Positions 1-9,701 of a DNA stretch of 64,000 bases are shown here, in pieces (positions within the stretch are counted from its first letter, which is position 1; each line of letters starts with the position of its first letter). The stretch comes from Octopus sinensis (Eukaryota). The stretch covers positions 80,414,001 through 80,478,000 of the forward strand of contig NC_043000.1 in the NCBI RefSeq assembly GCF_006345805.1, written 5' to 3'. Made by a program: the position numbers and the translations under genes. Below the pieces are notes generated by a model, which saw only the letters and a list, made by a program, of their open reading frames with translations, ran no database searches and was not told the DNA's origin.

Positions 1-170
1 CATGCCACCGGTATGGATGCCATTTACGTGACACCAGCAACAGCCACGGCTATGATCTCACTTGGCTTGATGAGTCTTATCAAGCACACCATATCACAAA
101 AGGTCTCAGTCACTTGACATCATCTCTGTGAGACCTGACATTCAAAGATCACTTCACCAGCAATGGTCAC
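1..170 (-). mobile_element. Fragment of RTE-type LINE 3' tail repeat
   Basis: Resembles the tails at 14870-15296 and 44400-44660 (gtgacaccagca-type motifs); short and degenerate. Confidence 0.4.
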
Positions 171-245
171 AATTACGATTTCACAAATGCTGTTCACACG
201 ACACTGGCCATATACGTATACATATATAAGTGTGTGTGCATCTAT

Positions 246-276
<31 letters not shown>

Positions 277-541
277 AAACAATAATAATAAAGGGTAAAA
301 TTGATTTAATAAATAATTATTAATCATTAATTATTACTAATTTTACTAAGCAGTTTTGGCATGTTAAAAGAACCATTATCGATAAACTTAAACAACAAGT
401 TTTTTTATAATTATGAATATAATTATAATTAGGGTTCAGCAAAAAATTTGCTTCACCACATACCGAAAATTCAGAAATAGCAGCCAAACATCTAGCTATT
501 TCTCTACCATAAGAGAATCTCCCAGATAACATATACTCAAA

Positions 542-545
<4 letters not shown>

Positions 546-596
<51 letters not shown>
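546..596. repeat. (TA)n microsatellite
   Basis: Direct reading. Confidence 0.97.
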
Positions 597-601
<5 letters not shown>

Positions 602-1688
602 TAATAAATAAAATATATGCATACATAGAAACATATATGTACGTACCGACATCTACATGTATATATACAAGCATATATAAATATATATATAAATATATAT
701 ACAGGACACCACAAAAAGACGTAAAACTCAACAGAAATGAAAACAGAAAAGCCATTTTGTTACAACAGAAAGACAGAGACGTGGAACAGGACGAGAACGA
801 AAACGGGAAAAACATTATTTACAACAGAAAAGCAAGGTACAGGACATGCTACACAAGGAAAAATCCCCTTCATCAGCTGTCACTAGTAGACTTAGCATGT
901 TTCAAAGACAAGACAGGACACGACTCGTCAATACTAGGCCTTCCTGCAAGAGAATTAAAATAAAATAACCTCGCAGAGGGGTAAAAACAAGCACGAAAAA
1001 AATGTAACACAAACAGGACATAACAAAAGAACTGCACAATAAAATACAAGATAAAAATACAAAATTAAAAATACAGGTACAAGAAAATACAAAACGAGAA
1101 ATAAAATACAATACGACAAATCAAAATAAACAAGAAAACAAACGAAAGGCCTTTGTTCTGGCTGGGACGGAAGAGGTACTGGTGAGCACAGGGAAACATG
1201 ACCTTACGGCCTGAAAGCAACGTGCAAAAGGATTAGCAATGACGAAAGTGAGGAGGAGTGAGGGAGAGAGAGAGAGAGAGAGGGGAGGGTAAAGCAAAGG
1301 GAGAGAATTTCGTGTCATAATTATATTATAAAACAATACTGGAGGATAAGAGACGGAACAAAGCGAAAATTGAAAATTCGAACGAACCCGACGCGAAGCG
1401 CTGTCAGCCCGTTTTCGTTCTCATCCTGTTCCACGTCTCTGTCTTTCTGTTGTAACAAAATGGCTTTTCCGTTTTCGTTTCTATTGAGTTTTACGTCTTT
1501 TTGTGGTGTCCTGTACATATATATATTTATATATGCATGTATATATACATGTAGATGTCGGTACGTACATATATGTTTGTATGAATGCATATATTTATTA
1601 CACTATTGTCTGACAGCGCTTCGCATCGGGTTCGTTCGAATTTTCGAATTTTCGCTTCGTTCCATCTCTTATCCTCCCAGTATTGTTT

Positions 1689-1691
<3 letters not shown>
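597..1691. mobile_element. Rearranged Penelope-like/pLTR-type non-autonomous repeat with nested inverted segments, flanked by (TA)n
   Basis: 597-807 is the reverse complement of 1408-1606; 1328-1407 is the reverse complement of 1610-1691; (TA)n on both sides. Confidence 0.6.
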
Positions 1692-1732
<41 letters not shown>

Positions 1733-2298
1733 ACACACACACACGCACACATATATATTAGGTTGGCAAATATGTTCCCGCGTTTTTTTAAATTATACTC
1801 ATAATTATAAAAAAATTGTTGTATATATATATATATATATAGTATTTTATAAGCTTAAAACTAACAGTGATCACCATGCAATGACTAAGGAAAATAGTAT
1901 AATAATGGAGCTAGTAAGCCTCGACAGAAAGCCTGCTTTTTTTTGTCAAGGGCTTATTAGACTATTTTCCTTAGTCATTGCCTGTCTAGCCTTTGCAAAT
2001 ATATATATCTACTGTGAAATCTATTCACTGGTCACTATAATTAGAAATATAAAATTTCTAAACGTCTCAAAGAGACATGAGTGGTGGTGGAGCGATAGAG
2101 TGGTTGTATACTGTCAACATAACATGACAGTCCCATAGGGGAATTACACCACCGCTGTTTAGCCCTATGAAGCATCGACGCTCCCTGTCGGCTTTGACAC
2201 ATTTCCTGTGTCCTTATATTTGCGAAAGGGAGGCAAGCACCTCCACCAGCTAGGATTCACACCTGAGAACATACATCTCAATCAGCAGATCTCACTAT

Positions 2299-2345
2299 CC
2301 TGGGCTGATGACGGGTTAAGACCCAGAAACATGCATGTTCTCAAG
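2299..2345 (+). ncRNA. Minimal type-I hammerhead ribozyme (weaker stem I)
   Basis: cctggg-CTGATGA-c-ggg ttaaga ccc-a-GAAA-catgcat-GTT-ctcaag; palindromic stem III AACATGCATGTT; one stem I mismatch. Confidence 0.65.
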
Positions 2346-2636
2346 TGTGAATCCTACGTTCAATATGACAGTTTGCCCGGCGTTATAGAACAGGATGAAT
2401 TACTCACTTACATTACTGACGAACGCCCCAGATAGTACAATTGTAATTGTAAATGAAACTGCAAGCTTTGGGGGGCTTGTAAGCCATTTCATTTAATTCA
2501 TTATTAATATTTCACTTCATACCATCCTTTCTGTAGTTTTGTTATATGTACCCCATGTCCTGTATTGTATTGTTATGTCCCCTCTTCATTCGGGCCATTG
2601 TGCCTATAATAAAGATTTCAATCAGCAGATCTCACT

Positions 2637-3649
2637 CGGAAAAATGGGTTTACTTCCTAGTTATTGTGGAAAAAGAGCTGCGAGAATACGGATAAGCAAA
2701 ATCCCACCGGAACTTGATACCGAAAGAATAGTAGCTGCAATAATCTACAACTGTAAAGAGAGCATGGACATTCTTAAGGTGTAAAAGTCGAAAGAAATAA
2801 ACTGGTGGGGTTATGCGGTGCAAGCTTCAGTCCACATAACCATGCCAGATTTGTATAACATCTTGGAGGAGTTGGTGTTCCCCGATGAGACACGACTGAG
2901 AGTCGTGGTGGAGGGGAAACCTCCAGTGTGTTATAAATGTAGGAGCAGAGGGCACATGAAGGATGTGTGTCCTCAAAGAGAAATACAAGAGAAGATGATA
3001 ACACTGGAGGAAGGAATGGAGGCTTTGACAGAGGAGTTAGAAAAGGAGAATGTGGAATTGCAAGTGGAAGAGGAAATCGTGATAACAGATAATGTGGAAA
3101 GTGGCGACGAGTTGGTGAAGGAGAAAGAAAAGGAAAGAACAGAAGAAAAAGAGGATAGAAAGCAAACATGGGTGGAATCACCACCCAAAGACCAAAAAAA
3201 AAAGAAAAAAAACTAAAAAGAAGTCTGCCGACAAGACAGAGGATCAAACACACGAAGGGAGAGATACAGCAACGAAAGTGAGTGAAGGTTCAACGTGTGA
3301 GGAAACGAATAAATGGTCAACAAAAGTGGAAGAATGTCTGAAAACATGCAAGGAAGGAGGAAGACCAAAAGGAAAGAATCTCAGAGCTGTAATGTTGTAC
3401 AAAAAGGATAAAGAAATTGAGAAAAAATTAGCGATAATGAAAAATCTAACGAGAGTGAAATTGAACCCGAAGATATACGATAACCAAATATGGGCTGCAA
3501 TTGTGGATAAAGATACGGTAAATAAATTAATAAATTTGTTTTCAAATATAGCTGTGTGCATAGCGCACTACGTTCGATATGACAGTCTGCCTGGCGTTAT
3601 AGAACAAGATGAATTACTCACTTACATTACTGACGAACGCCCCAGATAG
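2637..3649 (+). pseudogene. L1/Tx1-type ORF1 (gag-like) protein with CCHC zinc knuckle; one stop and a frameshift in an A-run
   Basis: RIRISKIPPELD...RLRVVVEGKPPV-CYKCRSRGHMKDVC (CX2CX4HX4C), then an acidic/lysine-rich region; continues in ORF 3278-3649 to a stop, followed by AATAAA at 3822. Confidence 0.75.
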
Positions 3650-3852
3650 TACAATTGTAATTGTAAATGTAACTGCGAGCTTTGGGGGGCTCGTAAGCCA
3701 TTTCATTTAATTCATTATTAATATTTCATTCCATATCATCCTTTCTGTATTTTTGTTATATGTACCCCATGTCCTGTATTGTATTGTTATGTCCCCTCTT
3801 CATTCGGGCCATTGTGCCTATAATAAAGATTTCAATCAGCAGATCTCACTGT

Positions 3853-3899
3853 CCTGGGCTGATGACGGGTGAAGACCCCGAAACATGCATGTTCTCAGG
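3853..3899 (+). ncRNA. Minimal type-I hammerhead ribozyme
   Basis: Stem I CCUGGG/CUCAGG; core CUGAUGA 3859-3865; stem II GGGU-GAAG-ACCC; GAAA 3880-3883; palindromic stem III; predicted cleavage after GUU at 3893. Confidence 0.75.
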
Positions 3900-4063
3900 T
3901 GTTAATCCTAGCTGGTGGGGGTGCTTGCCTCCCCTTCACAAATATAAGGACACAGGAAATGTGTCAAAGCCGAAAGGAAGCGTCGATGCTTCCTAGGGCT
4001 AAACAGCGGTGGTGTAATTCCCTTAAGGGACTGTCACATTATGTTGACAGTATACAACCACTC

Positions 4064-4096
<33 letters not shown>

Positions 4097-4119
4097 TATA
4101 TATATTATATATTTATAAA

Positions 4120-4270
4120 GTCAGTTGATTATATCAACCTCAGTGCCCAGCTGGAACTTATATCAACTCCAACAGCATGAAAGCCAAAGTTGACCTCAGC
4201 AGAATTTGAACTCAGAACTTAAAGATGGACAAAATGCCACTCAGCATTTACCTACAGTTCTACCAGCTTG
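4120..4270 (-). mobile_element. SINE fragment (Nin/Deu-domain-like family)
   Basis: Reverse complement of the family at 45515 and 61458 (gttgactttgcctttcat motif). Confidence 0.6.
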
Positions 4271-5240
4271 TCCACTTTAGATAAATCTTTAAATAATAGA
4301 GTTAAGAAATTGGATTAAAAAACCACTTGGATGGGAAAAGTCGAATGTTACTACTTTCCATCCAAATGTCTACTTTGAGTTCCACTATTAAAAAGAATAA
4401 AATAAATTGTTTCAAGTTTCTCAAAATTTTTAATAAGAGTTTATATAATATAGGGTATACATAAATATCTCTGTGTGTGTTTCTGTGCACATATGTGAGT
4501 ATGCACATACACACACACATTTGCATATATATTGCACAGTTGCGTGAGCAAATACCTTCTACTATAGCCCAAGGCGAAGCAATGCATTGTGAATAGTATT
4601 GCTAGATGGAAAATGTAGAGAATGTGTGTGTGTGTGCATGTGTGTGTCTGTAAATTCATGTGCACTCTACAGATCACATAGGTGTAAAGAGTAAGAATGC
4701 AGTTTGTGAATTTGACAAAGGCTTCAGTCTTTTATGATTGCAATGCTTTGGTGTTCCAGCCTTTGGTCCAGTTCTCATCTAGCAGGCAAGTAGCTAGAAG
4801 TATCTCACCGATGACCATTCTTTTGCATACCTTGGATTACTTTATCCACTGAGTCTTTCCTGTTTTCAAGACAAAGATAACATTTATGCAGTTGCTGAGT
4901 CTGCTAGAAACGGCAACTAAATCTCCCTTAAATCACAATGTGACATCTTAACAATGGTGATATTGTTTAGTACTAGGTTAGTCCCAATGTCACAGAACTA
5001 TGATGAAAGGCATTCCTACCATGACCAACCAGTCGCTTTTCAGTGGTATGTGGGGAACTACATTATCTAATGTATGCAGTACTTTATTTAGAGCAGTGCA
5101 GATGTGATTGAGGGAGTTTTGTCAGCTATTTCCAGCAGGTTGATCAACGTTGTAAAGTCTCAGTAATTGGTTGTCATTTCCTTGGACTTAAAAGCAGGGA
5201 CTGTGTTTTTACTGCATCACTTCATAGTTAAAGATCATTT

Positions 5241-5242
<2 letters not shown>

Positions 5243-5312
<70 letters not shown>

Positions 5313-5385
5313 AGAGAGAGAAGAGAGAGAGAGAGGAGAGAGAGAGAGAAGAGAAAAGAGAGAGAGAGAGAGAGAGAGAGGAAAA

Positions 5386-5471
<86 letters not shown>

Positions 5472-5493
5472 GAGAGAGAAAGAGAGAGAGAGA
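5243..5493. repeat. Imperfect (GA)n microsatellite, ~250 bp
   Basis: Direct reading; explains the ORFs at 5167-5579. Confidence 0.97.
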
Positions 5494-6349
5494 ATCAAGC
5501 ACAGCAGAAAGCCATTCTTGGTGTAGGAGGGTGGAGATATTTTCTTCACAAATTCTTTATTTGAAGAGAGTGGTGACATTTTAAGTTTGGTTTAAATAAG
5601 ATTTTGAAACAAATTGGAAACAATGTTGAAAAGACAAGAAAACTTGAACAACAATAAGAAGTAAGCCCTCCATCCCCTTCCCTATCCACCCCTGGAAAAA
5701 ACTTTTGAAGTATCACCAAAATAAACCAAAAGAAGGGAACAGCGTCTGGAAATATTCTTTTGAAGAATTTGCAGTTAATTAAATTTTGCTTTATGTATTT
5801 TGTATTTATTTTTTCTTTTGTGTTGGTACTGATGGTGGTGGTGGTGGGGTTGTGGTTGAGTTGTTGTTGTTGTTGTTGATGGTGGTGGTGGTGGCTTTGG
5901 AGAAATAAAGGTGAAAGAAAGGGTGGGAATTGGCTAACTAGACAATGTAGACAGAAAGATGGCCAGTTGGAAAGACACACAGATATAAAAAGTAATATAA
6001 ATACAAACTAAATTTTGTTTATTTTTACATCAACTTTTTTTTCTCATGCTAGGATGAGTTAGATGAATATTTATTTCAGGTATTGTTTTACAACAAGATA
6101 CCCTTCCTACCTATTTTTCAAGCAACAAATCTATTATTCCACATGGCTTTGTAGGCATAAGTAAACGAACAATTTGTTGAGAAAATGATTGATAGCAACA
6201 ACATTCTTAAATGTCACTACTGTCATAGAAGCAAGAAATGCAAACAAACACACACACACTCAGACAAACACACATATGCATACATACATGTACATGTGTG
6301 TGTGTATTTACATCTATCTACCTAACTATAAGGGGTAAAAATAGTAAAG

Positions 6350-6930
6350 ACTTCCTCTAGTCATGAATAACCATGGGTTGCACCTTGAAAGTTACCCTCA
6401 ACCAGCCTCCCCTTTCCACCACCATTGTTATCCGAAGAAAAAGTAAAGGCTGATACAGCTTGGCGTCAGTGATGTTGCAACTAATTTCCTACAGCTGAGT
6501 GAACTGGAGCAAACTTAAGTAAAGCGTCTTTCTCAAGAACACAATACATAGCTCGTTTCAGAAATTGAACTCACTTCCTTATGATTGTGAGCCTCACACA
6601 CACACACACACACACACATAAATATGAATGTATAAAACTGGTACTCTGTCAGTTACAATGGAACAGCCTGCTCATGAAATAAAGATGCAAGTGGCTGAGA
6701 ACTCCACAGACACGTGTACCTCTAATGTAGCTCTCTGGGAGATTCAGTGCGACACAGAATTTGACAAGGCTGGCATTTTGAATTACAGGTACTACTCATT
6801 TTGGCAATCTAAGTGGATTGGAGCAACATGATATAAAGGGCCTTGCTGAAGGACACAATGTGCAAGTCAGCAATCAGAGTCATGAAGGTTAGTTCATGAG
6901 CCAAATACTCTAACCACTAAGCCATGTGCC
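6350..6930 (-). mobile_element. Two adjacent degenerate tRNA-derived SINEs
   Basis: Minus-strand ggcacatggcttagtggttag head and body similar to 20264-20570; related copy at 6350-6590. Confidence 0.6.
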
Positions 6931-7029
6931 TCCCCACCCCCTTAGATATTAAACAGATCAAAATGGTAATATGCACTACTTACCACCCACGAAATGCTCC
7001 AAATCATTCGAAGAGAGCCTCAGAAATAT

Positions 7030-7300
7030 AGAAGAAGTATTAACCAGCTTCAGTGATAACTTTTAACTACTTCTTCTAGGAGACTTAAAACCTCCCTAAT
7101 GTTGAATGACCTGAGGACCACCTTCTCTCAGGTATGTTACTGCAAAAGCAGAAGCAAACAGAATTTGACCTCACAAACATGCTCTTCATGGATGTTATGT
7201 TGGACGCCCCCAAGTGAGAAGTAGGCTGGTCCACTACTAATAAATAGTGGACTGACACAGTCAGTAATGTCATTCAGTGAGATACACTGTTCAGGCCAGT
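7030..7300 (+). mobile_element. Degenerate CR1/L2-like APE endonuclease fragment
   Basis: Frameshifted LLGDL..PNVEW and DLTNMLFMD motifs. Confidence 0.4.
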
Positions 7301-7789
7301 CCCACAGAGATGATGAAATACATTGTCATAATGCAGGACATAACAGTGGCGATGAGGATTCATAGCCCACACAGCCACTGATGTGTAGTAACGGGACATA
7401 ACAGTGGTGATAAGGGTGCCTCCCACTGTATAACAATGTTGTTATAACAGTGGTAACCAGTTTATGAACGATTGTAGGAATGTTGAAATGGAAGACCTAC
7501 ATTCAAGAACAATGAAGGAAAGTTTGAAGGATTCGAACTCTAACACAGAATTGAACTTCACACAGTAAAAAAGTAATATACACACAGTGAAAAATATATA
7601 AAGCAAAAAAAGATTCTGAAGAGAAAAAAAAACGTTAACATAGAATTGAACCACACATGGTGAAAAGTAATATACCACCCAGTGGTAATGTAAGTGTTTT
7701 CATTTGATTTTAAAACCGATAAACATTGGGAAAAAATGCCCAGTTAAATGGTACTACTTGAGAGTGGGGCTCGAGTAGCCATTGCATCT

Positions 7790-7905
7790 TCATTATATTA
7801 TATTTCCATTTTCATTCATGTCTGTGGTTTATGTCCCCACTTTGTATTTATGTTGTCTGTCCTTATTTGTCCCTTCTGTTTAGGGCTCCGGTGGCCAATA
7901 AAGAA
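7790..7905 (+). mobile_element. L1/Tx1-like LINE 3' UTR remnant
   Basis: T-rich UTR ending ggccAATAAAgaa, like 59376-59582. Confidence 0.4.
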
Positions 7906-7959
7906 ATATAGTCAGCAAGGTATGCAGCTCCACAGAGACAACAAAATACATTATTATAA

Positions 7960-9050
7960 TGAGGGACATAACAATGGAGAAAATAGTGCTCTACTAACAA
8001 AGGGTGAAAAATGTTTTGGACCTCTGCTTCATAAATAACATGGAGCTCATCCATTTTTCTGCCTCAGTTTTTATAAAGCTAATTGGAAATGTAATCAGAA
8101 AGAGGTCACAGAACAAAATTTGCAGTAAGTTTGCTCCAGATAGAATGTTGAACCAACAGAAAAAACATAATTCTCAGGGATAAGGAGATGACAAGAAAAG
8201 ATCTCAAACAAATTCTACAGCATTATGACTGGGTGTTGAAACAACTAATGAATTGCTCAAATGTAGATGTGATATATCCCAATTTTGCAAAGGCATTTGA
8301 TAAGGTTCATCATGGGATGTTATGTTACAAGTTAAAGAGACTCAGCATAGTAAGAAAACTGGGAGAGTGGTTACATGACTACTGAAAAGTCAGAAACCAA
8401 GTTATGACAACCAATGAGGCAGTAATAGCACCCCACTATCATCCCACTTGAGCTAACATGCTACAATTAAGATACTTTGGATCAAAAGGAGCAGCAATCC
8501 CAGAGTCAAGCACAGTGCATGATCTAGGTATTGATCTGAGCAACAACACCTAATTTCACATATCACGCAGATGATGACAATGGGCAGGCAAATGGTATGA
8601 TTCTACTTCTTAGAGTGATCATGAGAGAGATATGCAGTGATATATGTATGGAAGATCCTCGAGGAGTTAGCACTAAAGTTTGACATCAAGAAATATACCA
8701 GCCCTTGAACTGCACATCATTGCACTGTTCCAAAGGTCCAACCCATCCTGTCCAGAATGAGGACCATGTACTGCAATAACTTGAAATTCAAAGGCCCACA
8801 GTAATTTAATATTTTGTCAAGACTTCTGAGAAATCTATGTGGAATAGAAGTAGATATTTTCAAGAAACAGCTTGGCCTCCTGCTATCCAAGGTCCCAGAT
8901 GAGCCAACATCATGGCAAGAAACTCAAAGGAAGGTAATATCAAACTCCCTCCTTTACCAAAAGCTAGTCACAGAAGAATGGCCATTGATTGGTGATAATA
9001 CTGGTGGTATGCCAGCATGGCCACAACTTTTGGGCTGAAAGGCATAAAGG
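7960..9050 (+). mobile_element. Heavily deleted CR1/L2-like LINE (APE end, RT fragment, C-terminus)
   Basis: NVLDLCFINNMELIH; NVDVIYPNFAKAFDKVHHGMLCYKL; FKKQLGLLLSKVPDEP. Confidence 0.75.
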
Positions 9051-9103
9051 AAAAAAAGAATATACATATCCCTCTCTTTCTCATTATCTCTATCTATATG
9101 GAC

Positions 9104-9113
9104 ACACACACAC

Positions 9114-9177
<64 letters not shown>
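9104..9177. repeat. (CA)n microsatellite
   Basis: Direct reading. Confidence 0.97.
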
Positions 9178-9179
<2 letters not shown>

Positions 9180-9439
9180 TGGTGATTGCCAACTTTTAGA
9201 TGAGTATGATTGTCACTGACAAATTACCTTATACTAAACATTAAAGACAATGGCTACTTGACAGCCATAGTGTTGAATATTGTCTTGAAATTTGAAGTCA
9301 ATAACAGCTTGTACAACATCACTAAGACTCTTACCTACGAAGCTCAAATAGTTCAGAAAGGAGCAAATGTATGATCTTCAGCTTCACAATGAGGTGGGTG
9401 TTATTTCAGAATTTCCTACTAGAAAGATGTCAAAGCAAA

Positions 9440-9600
9440 GACAAGGCAAGACTTTTTGTTCTTTTTGCCTGCAAGGTATCCAATGAAAACCACCCACCTT
9501 AACAAGCTTAGCAGGGTTGCCAGTTTAGTTGCCAACAACCCAACCATGCAACAGGTTGTAATGGATTTACATGTTACCATAAGCATCAAGAGTGATCTGA
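9440..9600 (-). mobile_element. Truncated, diverged copy of the ~560-bp (CATA)n-embedded element
   Basis: gggttgccagtttagt...ccatgcaacaggttgta...gatctgacat matches ~21800-21960. Confidence 0.7.
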
Positions 9601-9670
9601 CATATATATGTGCACACATACATGCACACATACATACATTCATACATACATACACACATACATACATACA

Positions 9671-9701
<31 letters not shown>

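Larger units (their letters stand above)
2095..4066 (+). mobile_element. Composite retroelement: inverted arm - HHR - direct repeat - CCHC ORF - direct repeat - HHR - arm
   Basis: 2095-2276 is the reverse complement of ~3885-4066; 2353-2636 is a direct repeat of 3569-3850; 2278-2355 is repeated at 3832-3910; right end abuts (TA)n. Confidence 0.8.

Noticed and set aside
883-937. HHR-like motif on the minus strand
   Set aside because: Stem II cannot pair and the core has U3-G8; kept only as degenerate supporting evidence, not as a feature
320-1804. Many ORFs with YIYI, HTHT, CMYV, ERER or LSLS runs here and throughout the window
   Set aside because: They are translations of (TA)n, (CA)n, (CATA)n and (GA)n microsatellites with no protein signature
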